This document shows positions 50,201 through 64,000 of a DNA stretch of 64,000 nucleotides, one piece after another; the first letter of the stretch is position 1; the number at the start of each line of letters is the position of its first letter. Made by a program: the position numbers and the translations under genes. The stretch comes from Balanoglossus misakiensis. Its lineage: Eukaryota > Animalia > Hemichordata. The notes under the pieces were generated by a model. That model saw only the letters and a program-made list of their open reading frames with translations, did not search any database and was not told the origin of the DNA. Location: positions 482,648-546,647 of the forward strand of contig CM082576.2 of NCBI GenBank assembly GCA_040954595.2, in the 5' to 3' direction.

Positions 50201-53200
50201 CTCCCCAGTCAGGGAACCACTAATCGAGATATCAAACCGTTGCCACGAGTCAAAAATACGTCAAATAATATACCTCCGTATCGCGTCAGACAATTTCCAT
50301 TCGATTCTATTTCAAAACATCGCATCATTTTCAGCCCATGTCCAACCCGTTGTTTACCCTTCCGAGAGATGAAATATACAAGTGGAGGAATTATTAAAAA
50401 TTTTGGAAATATCGACTAATTATTCTGAAGACAAAATAATTCTCTTGTGTCGCGTTGCAATTGGCTACTTGCGAAAATTTAAAGTCGATCTAGCCCGGCG
50501 ACAAGGTTTATTTTTCATCGGCGCGTCTCTTAAGATTCTTGTCACCGTCTCCATGTTAAGAAGTCGTAAATGCGCCGTTCGAACGCCCAATTCACAAATT
50601 CGACTTCCGCCCTCTGTTCGGGGGAATAATAACGATACTTGGCTATCGCATGACCTTGTTTTTCTTTCCTGGCGACGATGAAATGTCGAAGCTGATATGA
50701 TGGTAATTTGCGCTCCAATTTATAGCCATGTCGCGCTACCCCTAGTTAATAATTCCATCAAAAATCGTATTTTAATGTCAGCCCACAGTTGATATACGGC
50801 GGGTCACACAAAAAACGCATATCCACAAAAATCTAAAAGGAAAACGAATAGAAGGAAATAAACACGCATTGATTCTGCCATTTGAGTTTTAAACTTTCGC
50901 ATATGACTCGGGAAGAATTCTTTCCTCCGAGAGATATAACAAAAGACCTTTGTGTAAACATCTTTTTTTTCTCTACAATCGGCAGTTTTGGCGTATCAGT
51001 TACAATGTGTATTTGGATGTTATTCACAACACTGTGGATCATCTATTTACCGCGGTGATGAACAGCTTTGCCACTCGACGACGGAGGTAATCCGTATTAC
51101 TGGAAAACGATCACGACCTGACATGGTCACAATGCAACCCTCCCCCTCCTCCCCTTTGAACAATCAATAATGATAATAAGAGGGGGGTATTCTGTCGCCT
51201 TTGTGGCGGTCAGGTTAGGCCACTCTACAGCGGGCCCAGCTTTAATTTCTTTGTGTAAATATAGACAGGTGCAGGGTAGGGTGGAAGCAGAGACTGACGG
51301 TATAGGCACGACATCTATGGTGTGTTTGCCGACACACTTACACGCTTTGACCGCGAAAGCCTCCCTTATCAGTAAAAAGTTTGGTTTAATTTCCCTATAA
51401 TCTCTCAGCATATGTTTAAGATATATCGTCATGGGTACGCTGAATAACACTAATTACTCGATGCGATCGCCCTACCATTGTTTGGGTTCAAGATCTGATA
51501 TTAAGAGAGTTCATACAAGTCTGTCTACAAAGCTCTACATTTAAATTAATAGAGAGAAAATATCCGCAAGCACTTGAAAAGTGTGTTTAATTCCTCGACG
51601 GGGTTATGGTGAGCATCCCCGTTTGGTTTCAGGAATTAGCAATCTCACAGATATACCAGCAGCTCTTGTTCTGCACAAAAGACGGGTCGACATTGACGAG
51701 TAACGTCCCCACCTCCTACCGATCTAAACACACTCCACACAATATTAAATAACATGTCAGACTGACTTTTCCGTCATTTATGCCACCGAATTTTGAAGTT
51801 TTGCAACAAAACACTTGAATGCGTTTGACACATTTCACTCCGTGGCACTCTCTCGTCAAAAAAGCTCGACTGGTTGACGTTATGTCTGACCACGCCACGC
51901 CACGACGAATTCCGTTCGGCTGTGGGACTCTACTGTTTCTAGGCCCTCTGGGCTTGGTAAATATCGTATTGAATTTAGGCGGGATTATTGAAGTAACCCC
52001 AGGACCTACAGAATTCTCAGGTGAGTGGTAACAACACGTTCACCCATACAAATTTGCCAATGATACGTGTTCATTGCACAAGAGGGACACTGACTAAAAC
52101 TACATAACTGTTAACTCCTGTAGCATTGAACGTCTGCTTTTCGTAAACATAATCTCATACGGAAGGGGCCCCATCTCACGCCCGGTCGAAGTCCACGTGG
52201 TCACCATAAATTTTGTCCAATATTGACTTGTTCAAAGTAAGAGACGTGCTAATAACAACGTTGACAATGTTAATCCGTCTTTGCGTCGACGACAGTGATC
52301 TATGATCAGCTGACTTCAAAACTCATATTTGTGTGATTTCTGTTCAGGTGATTTTTTTTTCTTCACCCAACGCGCAAAGTTTAGAAGCTAAAATATATAA
52401 AAAAACTTTACATAGAGATGCAGAGAAATATTGGGTATGTATGACAAAAATCATGTAGTTTTCTAATTTAAAGAAAATACATGCAGCTTTGCTTTGTACA
52501 AAAATATGTTGGATTTCTCAGAAACTACCAAACTATCATGCATGCTTAAGTGAGGAAACAATGCTGTCCTAGCTACAATCAGAAAACAGATCAAATTTAT
52601 GCCAGATATTTTTTAGAAAGTCACGACTTTGGAAACAATTGAGAGTTTATTTTTAGGGTTGGACTCTGCACATTCCCTTCTGGGGAGAGTGCGGTCTGTT
52701 CTTGTTCTGTGTTTACATAAACTCATTCCAACAGGTGGTCTCTTATGATATCAGGCTCAGGCTATCGAGGAACTAATTGAAGCAACGGCTCCTTTAATTG
52801 GAGGCTCCTTTGTGTAGAATTTGTGTGAGCCAATCAAAAACTCGCTTTTATTACTACCGTACTGCAACAGGAATGCCACATTTATGACCGGTGTGAGGCG
52901 CTGGACTGGCCAGAAAATGTTCTTTCCTCGTTTATTCACTAACATGGTGGGACAGTTTTGTGACACATGAAATATAAATATGGAGCCAAAACACGAAGAA
53001 TTAAAGTTAAAAACAGCGTTTCATGTCAGGGGGGGGAGGGGTCCAGGCTACATGTGTCCTAAATTTCCTTCATGACATTGTTTATCCAATAAGGGCCGAA
53101 CTTGTGAAGTTTTTTTTATTTGATAATCTGAATCATTCAATACAGCCTAAAGTACCCGTACGCGTAAAACAGACCTGTTTTGTTTCAATTCAGACCGTGT

Positions 53201-53560
53201 GAAAGTTCTTGTATCCTGTTGATTTTATCAAACTGTAAGAGACATTTTCATATGAGTTTCTGGCATGGTTCATTTCCAATGTGTTGACATAGCCTTTGAT
53301 CGATCCCAAACAGTAAATACAACTGGATCAATGGAAGCTCACATCTTCACAGCTAATTGAAACACTGTATTAGACTGACTAGTGTGTGTATGTGTCGATT
53401 ACTCAATCGATCCACTAGTTTTCTTTCAGTTTGCTGGTCATCGACAATGAGTCGAGTCAATGATTGTCAATCAGTGTGTTATTCATATCAGCGCACCATC
53501 AATGAGTGTGGGAAAATAAATTTGGTCATTGTTATGAACCTTTTATTTATTTTTATTTTT

Positions 53561-53597
53561 TTTCATTCATTCATTCATTTATTTATTTATTTATTTT
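53561..53597 (+). repeat. Short (TTCA)/(TTTA) simple repeat
   Basis: TTTCATTCATTCATTCATTTATTTATTTATTTATTTT read directly. Confidence 0.8.
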
Positions 53598-56500
53598 CTA
53601 TTCTTCAAGTTATCATTTTATGGACATTTCTCATTTTAGCGATAACAATTTACCAAAAAGGCACACATACAAATCGAACATGCTGCGCAGTCGACTTTCG
53701 ATCGTGCGATGAAATCTCAGCTCAGCCGGACCCTGCGGGTTTTGTTGGCCAACAAAAAGTTACCCCATGTGGCCGGGACGTCTGTGTCAGTGCAAATGTC
53801 CGATTGCACCAACACAATAACACGCCGTGATATTATTTTATTAATTCATGGCACAAACATGTTAATCCGCACTGATTAAATCTGCAATTTTATTGAAAGT
53901 TTACCTTAATTAACACTGAAACCGCTTATTTCAGTCATTTTGGCGTCTTTTGTTATGACCTGAAATTATTGAAAACTAATTAGGCGAAAATGTGTTTTGT
54001 GACGTAAATAACATTCAAAGCCCTTGAAATCTAGAGAAGAATATTCAGGCTGGCATGTAGAGCACTCCATCCTCAGTTTCTCGATATCTGCTTCTCTCAA
54101 TAATAAGTAGTGGTGACCTTTTTAAGAGAGGCTAACTGAATCTTGACGAGACTGGGAGAATTACAGCATTTTATGAGAATCAATCAACAGGGAAAACACT
54201 AGTAAGGTTACGACTAATTGCCGCTTCCTCAATTTTCAAATATATTCATAGTTTTTCTGCTTTCTCTAGCTTGGCACAGCGGGGCGCTGGGCCTCATGTT
54301 AACTCTCCCATGGCGATTCTGTGTCATCTTTCGCCACCGGGGGGAAGCGCTCTCAATCACAGGTTTTCATTTCAAAATTGATGCTCTCCTCGTTTAGCCA
54401 TTGTGTAGTTTGACATTAAAGATGAATCTGGCGGGGCAGGCCACCCTATGATCATGTCACGATGCCCCATTTGAACGTGGAAATTCAATCATTTCATCTG
54501 ATTTTTGAGGCTTTGGCGATATGGTCCTAACCCCCATGGAACCGCCAAACGTGCACGTGTACAGTTTCTTGTTTTGAATGATAAAACAGTTCTCAATTGA
54601 AAAGCTGCCTACGGCCAGACGGCATTGTTATTCTCGTCAAACACACACTACGATGCGAGCTGAGAATAAAATTTCCATTCATAAAAGTGGGATAGGAGGA
54701 ATTATTTTGTTTGTGCCTTGTGCTAGCGATTTGTCAAGCTATGGTCGAACATTTTCCCAAGAGACGCACAATGAGGGGCGAGAAGAAAAGAAAAGCTCTG
54801 TAATTTGTAATTCGTTTGCAAAAACAAACCGGTAATGGCGTTTCTTTTCAGTCCACAAAACGACGCAAACATTGCTGTCAGTGGCTCTGATTACAGAGGC
54901 GCTTGTGGGTGTGAAAGACTCATAGAAAAGAAAGTTGGAAAGTGGTGTACGATAAGGCACAGACACCCGAAAGTTGTCCATGCGTGCTGTAGCTGATGAC
55001 GGACAAGAACGGTGTAGCGTATCGCTAATGTGTGCGGCGAGCACTCAATACAGGAGAACAGAATCCCCGGCTCTGTGAGGCGGGCGGGTATCGTTTAACA
55101 GCTAAGGTTTCAAAAAGGCTTTCCTTGAGTCCCCTCCTCAATAGACGAGGTCGACCTTTCGATTGGCTCCGGACTAAGCCCCTGCTTGATCTTTTCAGGT
55201 ATTTTGACGAGAAAGACCACCATCAGGTTAAAAGACAGAAGTCACGAAACTACGCGAGGTATTCACTCCTACTCGGCTTCAAAGTACCTCGACTTGTTGG
55301 TTTGGTGTCAACAAAATACAGACGACTTACATTCACCTATTGAAGCATTACGCTGTGCTCAGGCCGATCTAATGAGCAAAATAAACGAGATGTCTTTGCA
55401 TACATTAAACCTAATGGAAATTTCCCAGTCTTATAACCTGCTTCATTAGGCACTTTTTACGAGCCATAAGTAATCCCTACATATCCTAAATTTATTTATT
55501 ATTACCCGTACATTGAAAGGCAACTGAGTATTCTGGGCGGAAATTGAAGAAGAGCACGTTGCGTTCACACATAGATATCATTTGCATCATAAGTGTCATT
55601 CAAAGCGCCCGTTCCGCTAATTGTGTGCAAAAATATCTTTTCACGGTAATTTAAAATTTATTATTTTCCTACGGGGGCGCCGGCTACTTCCCAGTAATGC
55701 AACTGGTAGTGAGATCTTTTCCGAGATGCAATCATCTGCAACTATACCCAAGACAAAAAAGACAGCCGGCTTTCCTCTGTGATGCTGATTTCTTGCACCT
55801 GAGAAGGGTTGTCGAGGAGAAATTAACAACTCCATGGGTTACTGGATTGTACACTCGATTTAAATCGCCCGTTTGCCAGTATTAAAGAAGACAACACACC
55901 GAATTGACAAAGGCCCCAGAAGAAAATCACAAAAGAATTTCTCTGTCAAGTGTGCGCTGTATAGTCCCGACAAATCAGTTTGAACATTGAATTCCCAGGG
56001 CGAGGTATATTTGTGGACTATACTAATGTCTCGCCGTTGCTTTTTATCCAGCTGCACAAAAAGCACACACGCTGCTCTCTCTCTCTATACAAATGAAGGC
56101 GTGATTGTGCAGTTCCCTATCCAACGGTGCTCAAAAAAAAAACACGGAGAACCTTAATGCAAGTGATCATCCGACAGGGATATAAATTGCAGAATTCGAT
56201 TAAAACTTACTTTAGTTACAGAATTATTGGAATTGTTGTTCTTAGGCGAAACCACAGGAACTTTACCGTCAAAAAACAGTGCAAACCGAGCGTCAAAACT
56301 ACAGTGCCTGCGCTGAATTGCTAATGATCACTAATGATAACACGGGGTCAATGATATTCGACGCTAATGATTCTGTCTTCCATCATAATGATCCCCTTTG
56401 AAATCAACAGAGGTGATGTCAAGGAGAAACGTACACATCCATCTGAAGTGAAATGGACATCAAATCTAAGTTTGTCTGACGATGCATTGGCTGAGACATT

Positions 56501-59500
56501 TAAAAACCAATTATCCTGTTTTCAGCCGCTGCTCTTCTGGGTGTTAACTGGTGTTTGTTTGATCGATAAATTGATTGATTAATTGCTGTTTATCGTTTTG
56601 TTTATTCTCTATTTTCCCCCTACTATTCTGTTCGTCATTTATTTTTTATGTGTCTGTCAAAGTGTACATAAACAACGACACAACTTTGACAATCTCGATA
56701 ATATTCCTCGCGTGTTGCTTGTTTTCTATTTCTATGGAAGGCTTAAAGGCGCACTTTCCTCAGCTTTATCAAAAACCCAATGAATTAACTTGATAAACAT
56801 TTCAATATAAAACAAAGGCTTTCCATCACATAAACACCCAATGTCAACAACAACTAATGTGAGACCCAGGGATTGAAAATTGCCCCTGTAAGATTTGACA
56901 TATAGTTTTACTGGTATACATTGGAATCACAAGCATCTGAGTTCGCACACATTCTCGATATGTAAGATTTGGTCAACTTAAGTTCTCAACTATAATGACC
57001 GATAATATACACAGCTCCTTATGTTCTATCCTTACTCTCAGAGAAAATAAAGTATCTCCCTCTTTCTCTCTCCCTCCTTCTGTCTCATACACACAAACGC
57101 ACACACACTTCTCTTTGAAATGCTTGGGGATTAAATGAAGCTTCTTCAAAAGAACTCGAGCGTTACCCATTGTTCAATGTTGAAGTGGCGAATTTGTTCC
57201 TTTTGAGATCAATGACACTTGGTCTACGACCTTGCAGGTGACAACCTCTTTCGACCATTGACTGGAGAGGCCAAGCGATGCGTGTGGATACTATGGTATG
57301 GAACAATGCAGTGTCCATCCTCCATCAAAAGAGATGCTGTGCAAACTACATGAGGGATTTGGTTATCCTCTCTTTGAAGGACATTACGGTCGCTCAGGTA
57401 GCATTTGCCGTTAAATAAACGACTTATCAATTTTACAGCGTGTGTGGTTTGCCCTGTCATTTTTGTCTTTGCATTCTGGTGGCTCTTGCGTGTTTTGAAT
57501 CCAACAGGTAGTCATGCGACCACTTCCACTTGCCTTATCACAGAGGAGATCTCCCAGCTAGGTGTTAATATAAACTCGCCAAGTACAAGCCTACTTAGTT
57601 CAAATTAATTTGCCAAAGACTGGACGTGACAAGAGGGCTATTGAATGTCACCACCGAATCATGCCGATCAATTGCCCGTGTTTTGTTGGGTCATGTCAGA
57701 GGCTCTTGGGGTATAAGATTTCGCCGCTTCTTTCAGCAGAGCCAGGCTCAAATTTTATTAAAGCCGTACACAATGGAGCCGCAGCGTTTCCGTCATCGGA
57801 ATAATGCATAGGCTTTCATAACACCGTTGAAGATTTCCATGCGGGGTACATCGCATGAAAACTTTTTTTGGCAATTCTGTGGAACAAAGCCGGGACAAAC
57901 TCCTCTTCACGGGCAAACAGATTATGCCAGGGCGTGCTCATATACGATATGGGAGTCCAGCAACAATGTTGATACGCTTCTGTGGGTGTGAATTTCGAAA
58001 ATTATCGGCCACTTTGAAGCACTAGAAGTTAATGTTGTTGAGGACAAGTGGGCCGTGTGCTGAATACAAGTGTGCCTCATTTCTCCCATGTCAATCTGTC
58101 CCGAGTCATAAATTACGGTCATCATATACTGCCAACAGACAAAAGGGCTGTATAACAATAACCCGGTACAGGTGTGAAACTTACAACACTTGGTCGCATT
58201 TCATGCCACTTTCACCGGGACTCGCACAGTTTAATGTCTTTTTTGAAAATTCACTACAGGGTGAAAATGTCCAACAATACACCAGTATGCCGTTGTTGGC
58301 ATTAGGGTTTCAATATCCGCTGTATGGGTCAAGACACTAATCGGTCTATTGTCCAGTCCAACACTCCGATCGCCAGCTGAAAGCCCACACTCAATAACTG
58401 CTAAGTACCCGATCTTCGTCGTTCTTTACAAACACGACCAACAGATCACTTCAAAATCCTTAAACGTTGACTGAGCTACCCCTCAACCCCAACCTGCCCA
58501 AGTGAATTCCTGCCCGGTTAGGCGATAAAAACACGAGGCGATGCAAGAATACTGTGCGTGGTTTCGTGGGAAGACAACAAACACATCGATAGCAGATAAA
58601 AGTAGATACATGTATGTTAACAATCTCTCCTCGGCATCTTATCTGTCTGCCGTTACCCAAGATACTTCAGATTGAGCTCCAACAGAAAGCAAACCCCTTT
58701 TGTTGTCGATCATTTGTCTCAAGTTGAGAGGTTGATGAGCACTTAAGTGGAAATGGACAACCGATTACCATTGATAAGTGCCGCGCTAGTGTCGCCTCTT
58801 ACGAACAACCCCGGATTCCCATAAAGCAAAACTGATCCCCCAAATCGTCACCAAAGTAACACACGGCGGTCTCTGTGAACACGCCAACCAGGCATGCCAA
58901 ATCCGGGATATTTTTGCGAATTTGAAAGCATGGCATGTTATTTCAACTGTGCTGCCTTTCATTTATTCTCGAAAAACGATCTGCTTCAGTTCTTGTCTTG
59001 GTAGGGCCACACCTGCACCGCAACACCAAAATAACCGTGATGGTCACGTGGGAGGGCATGCAGACGTTGCGCCTGCGCAGTTCACGATCAGTAGATATTT
59101 CTATTTCTGGGCACGACAACACTGAAAATTCGATCGCCTTGCTGGCATGGGACCCAAACTTTACAGCACCGATAAAGACATGTTCACTTAAAACATAATA
59201 AGAAGTTCTGTTACGACTAAGTACATTATTTGTGACAGGGTGTGACGCCCGACGGACCGTGTTTTGTACAAATTCCAAACGTACAAGACCGGTCCTGTCT
59301 TTGCAGTGCAGTGACTTATATTTGTACAGTCAACCCACGAAATGTGGTGTTGTACCAGCACAGCTGCGCAAAGGGTTGCTAACAGCATAGCTTTCGACGC
59401 CTTTACTTTACACTTACAGCGAATTGCTTGGAATATTTGCCCATTGCCCTCCCAAAAGAATGGGAGACTTTGTCTGTGAGTATGATTGATGGCGAGGCCG

Positions 59501-62500
59501 GCCGACCTCAACTCATGTATGGTTGGTTTTGATGCACATAAAAATCTCGTCGAGAATGCGAGAGTTGACAGGTGACTGCGGCTGCAGGTGAGAATAACAA
59601 CCCCGTTTTAAGAGAATGGCGCTCCATTGGGTGATGAAAGAAATGAAAGGCTTCCTAACACCGGAGCATAAAATTTCAAAAAATTAAACCTCTGTGCTGG
59701 GCCTGGGATATCTAGATTAACGGTCAACCTATCAACGCGTCGACTAGTAAGTCCCAGCTGTACCTCAACAACAAGATCACAACAAGTGTGTGTGTGTGTG
59801 TGTGCACCTTTAAATAACAAGTGAAAACCCCTTGGGGATTTTCTGTGACTTTTGCCTAAGGTGGCGTTACACAAATTGGGACCTGCTTCCGTCACAGACC
59901 CTAGCGCTCTACTAGGGGCCCGTAGATTCCTAAACACCACGGGCAACACAGCAGCGTCAGCGGGCGAATGCTTCTTGAGTACCCTTGAGGATTGTTGTTG
60001 TCCCATCAGATCAGAGAACAAAAAAGTCAAACCCGGAGCCACTTTCAGTTAGGGACCCTTTATGCAGTTTACCAACTGTGGCTTTGTCCCCCGCTTAGCC
60101 ACCTCAAATATTTAGTCAAGTGAAAAGAACGGCGAATACACAACTTAGTGAAAGTGTGTTTGCCTCGTTTCCGAATGCTACCATTGCTTGTTTTCTTGTT
60201 TCGGACAAGAGCGCTTTTTAAGACATAGATGTTGTTGATCGTGCAAGATTGTTACCATTCAGCAACGTTTAACTAATTTAATTTAATCAAACCGCTCAAA
60301 AGTACCCTTTCAAAAGAAAAAGTAAACAGTAAGTTGTCATTAAGTGACAAGAGAATAGTAACATACAATTCTGAAATTCGGACAATGCGGAGGGACGTAC
60401 ACAAAACCCCACAAACACGTAATGAAATTTAAAATCAGGACAACTAAACTTTGGTATCGATAAGATTGACAGCAAAGGATATAAAAGTGTTTGTCGTGTG
60501 TAAATTTCTGGCGTCATACGTGCAACTGAATGAAACTTTCTCGAGCAAATGACAATTTCGAGAAAAATTCTTGATTGCGCTCTGTTCATGTGACGATCCG
60601 CTGACATTCTTCATAATCTGTTCCAAGGGTTAAATCGTCCCTGATCTCTAAGATCCGTGCTTCCGACATAAATAACTCATGTCTTTCCCGACGTAAATTA
60701 TTGCATTCCCGCCTTGCGTCACCTATCTGATACGGTCATGTCAGTGTTTGTTTGTTTGTTGACGGTGACAGGCAGTGAACACCCTACCAAATTAATCATG
60801 GCGGATGTCAACGTTTAACCTGATAAGGGCTCCCTCCGTGCCTGACGATACAGCAACCTCAGGAATGCAAGCACAGGGTCCGTTAAAAGAACATATTGAC
60901 TCAATCATTGCCAAAAGATGATAAAATATGGGCTGATATACAGATAATTGTTCCCTTCAAATCAGATTTTTCTTGTCAAAAATACAGTATTTCATCAGTG
61001 ACCATCATTTTGTCTTGCCCATCTACGCCTCCAGCGCGCGTTACCTAGTAACATGCAACTACTTAATTTATTTAAAGTTTGATTTGGCTCTTTGCGCCTT
61101 CTTTTGTGAGATGATCAGCGATTATTTTTATTGTTTATCAGCCGTCTCATATTTTGCTAAAGTTGTACTTTAACGACGTACGTCTTAAAAAGAATTTGTA
61201 ATCTTTCCAGGGGTTTATTGTTAAGAGCCAAGTTTGTGGGGGCAGAGATGCTTAGCCCATCTCAGGCCAGGTTGCTTATCAACGATATCATTCATTTTAA
61301 TGTCATATTTAGCCCGGCGCAACCCCCCCCCCCCACCCACACACACGAAAAGGCAGGCAGACAGACACCGATGTAGTAATAGGACCTTCCATTATCTGAA
61401 TAAACTTTGTAAACGGGTTATAACTCCACTTGTCGCATAAGTATCAAGTTTTGAATCTTTATCAATTTGATCTCAAAGGGACACTCAAACACGCATTTAT
61501 CGGATGTCAGATGCTGCTGACAGATTTCACTCTTACCAACTGAAAAATGATTAATTGGCATTTGTTTACATCGATGTCTATACGTTCTGTCGGGAGTAAA
61601 ACAAGAATTTGGCCTTAGGAAAATAATCCTGTGGCAAATTACGATCTGCATGGACAAGTTTCTCTAAGCGAGTCGACAATTACCTGTCAACAAATCAAAA
61701 GCTTAATCACAACATTAATAGCCATAAAACTATTAGTCTTTTTATGTTGATCGTTTTGATAACAGATTGGTCGAATTGTCCCTTGTTGCTACTGAGTATT
61801 GTTACTCTCATGTTATGTTAGAGGGTTTCCGACACTGTCATAAAATATATCTGCTCTCATATACCGACCATATGGAAAAACAACAACAGTGAAGGTGATG
61901 AACCTGTTAGAGAAAGATGGTAACACTCATATGTTATGAATGTAACATTTTACTGAAGCGGTTGCACTAATTTTGTTCCCTGTACACGACTGCATGGACT
62001 GAAAATTGCACAGATTGGTATTCGTGGAATAGCCAATGCCATAGATCATGAAGGAAGGGTAATTTACACCACGGCAGTAGATCTTATTTATCTCTTTACT
62101 TACAGGGTGAAGGTACAAAACAGACAAAGTGACCTCGAAAATTGAAAGTTATAAATAAGATGTGGAAGAGCAGACACTCGGCACAGCCACTTCCCTAATG
62201 CATCAATAATTGCATAACCCCACCGGTGAAAAGGCGTTTGACATGTTTAATACTACCTTCCTCCCAGTGAAGCGCACATTGTGTTTGAAATAAATAGAGT
62301 GATAACGGAGAAAAGCACGCAGGGCTTGTATGTATCATAGCGGGGGTCTTCGATCGATGATGGACGTCATCAATTCTGACTGAGCTGAAGAGAATACCGG
62401 TAAAATGTTTTACATCATCACTCCGCCCGGAATCTTGGTGGTTGGCAAAGGCTGAGTCATGCTTGATTTCGCGAGATGGTGAAACTTTTTTTGCAATTAT

Positions 62501-64000
62501 TTTTGGTGGTGCGCGGGTTTCCGTGTGTGTGTCAATTCAAACTGCTGAGACTAAACGACAACAAAAGGGTTGATGTCCCAGTCTTACACTAACATAATAA
62601 ATCAAACACGGCGATATTTCTTGGCTGTTATATTGAGAAGAGGGTGGGTGATATGGGCTAGCAAGACACAGGTGCGCAGTGGTGTAGAATTGCAAATAAA
62701 ACATTCTTTGATATTGCTAACACCGGGCTTCCGATGTAACCAGCATAATTAGGCAATCCTCGAAAAGAGTGACGATGCCTACAAATGTATGACCTTTGAG
62801 AATTATCAACGCCATCCTTGCTGTCTAATATTGACGCCATTCTATATTCTTTGATCAAATCTTGCGCCCGGATAATGTTTGTTTTATCTGTATACTGCCT
62901 ACAGTCATGATGCCCGCGACATGAAAAAGATCAAATGTGTTATTTTATCGACACACAATACATATGAGCAAATAATTTCTGACAAACTTGACTCGGTTAA
63001 TCAGTGTCAGCAGGTTGGACGAAATATGCATTTATGAAATATGAAATTATTTTGCACGAAGTGGATAACTACGTGCTCTGCTGGTTGAGGGCGCTATGTA
63101 TACGTCTGACACGTAAAATGGGATACGTATACTACGTTTCTGTCAGTAGAGGGCGGCATCACTGTGATGAACTGTCTCACACTGTGGCCTTTCGTATAGG
63201 CTATCGGCTTTAGATAGTTGAAACTAACACTCATTCAACGGCGATGCTACAAACTTGCCTGAACCAAAACAGTACTATGCTTTTATGATACAGACAATCG
63301 TTTTTATTGTGTACGCGAAAGTCACACGGACGGGAAATTTACTAAACGGATTTTGTTGAAACGGTAATAATCTTTCTATTTTCACGCTGAATAGCACAGC
63401 AAGTAAGGCGAAAAGATGCATATCAATCAAAAAGGTTAGACTGCGTTTCAATAAACTGAAAGACAGCGGTTTTATTAATTTTCATTTTTTCATAAAGTGT
63501 AATGGACATCTTCATAAACGTCACCTCAACTTTTGGCGGGAAGACTAAAGTAAATGTATTGGTTTGTCTTTCAATGGTGTATTTAGAGTATGTGATTGGC
63601 AGAGTGCATTTATACTCTGTCGATTTGCACTATTCAGCTCCACGGCTGTCTTTTATGGCGATCTTTTGATCATTTCTTTCTCAAAATAACAGCATACCAC
63701 TTTTTCGAGTTTTCTTCTGGTAGTGCTCAAAATAAAGGCATTTAAATACGGATTAAAAGCAAATTGAGGTCTCGGTCACATCATTGGTTAACAAACAGCT
63801 ATTCTAAATCTGTTATTTAGTATGTAAATAAAATGATTCAAACAATGCAGGGCTTGTTATATTGTGACGGAAGCCCGGGCGTTCCGCCTATGGAAAACCG
63901 GTAGCGCAGACGGACCAGCTCGAGCCTCTCACAAACAGCGCTGTCTTCACACACGCGGCGGTAGGAACTCGCCGGAAAGCAAGCGTCTCGTCGAAGAAAT

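Noticed and set aside
59885-59896. 12-bp inverted match (GCTTCCGTCACA) to 63863-63874
   Set aside because: Many 12-mer matches are expected by chance, and the orientation does not bound an element.

Overview
Eukaryotic (animal) genomic DNA, probably an invertebrate deuterostome such as a hemichordate; the taxon is inferred from the Nkx2.2 sequence and not verified. Bases 1-10881 are a tandem satellite of about 125 copies of an 87-bp AT-rich unit rich in dyad symmetry. The 3301-aa ORF there is an artefact of the unit being 29 codons long. The remaining ~53 kb is a gene desert around one confident gene, a two-coding-exon NK2-class homeobox gene orthologous to Nkx2.2/vnd (39131-39467 + 39773-40440, 334 aa). 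Main observations: (1) a perfect Gli site in a Sox/TCF-rich block ~2.1 kb upstream of the ATG, where the vertebrate Shh-responsive Nkx2.2 enhancer lies; (2) a strong splice acceptor 24 nt before the ATG plus two distal candidate promoters with non-coding first exons; (3) a 41-bp TAG...CTA palindromic mini-transposon with a perfect 9-bp target-site duplication; (4) a constant-block/variable-slot structure in the satellite, revealed by its two divergent terminal units. No prokaryotic systems, RNA genes or CRISPR arrays are supported, and I found no confident novel protein-coding system.
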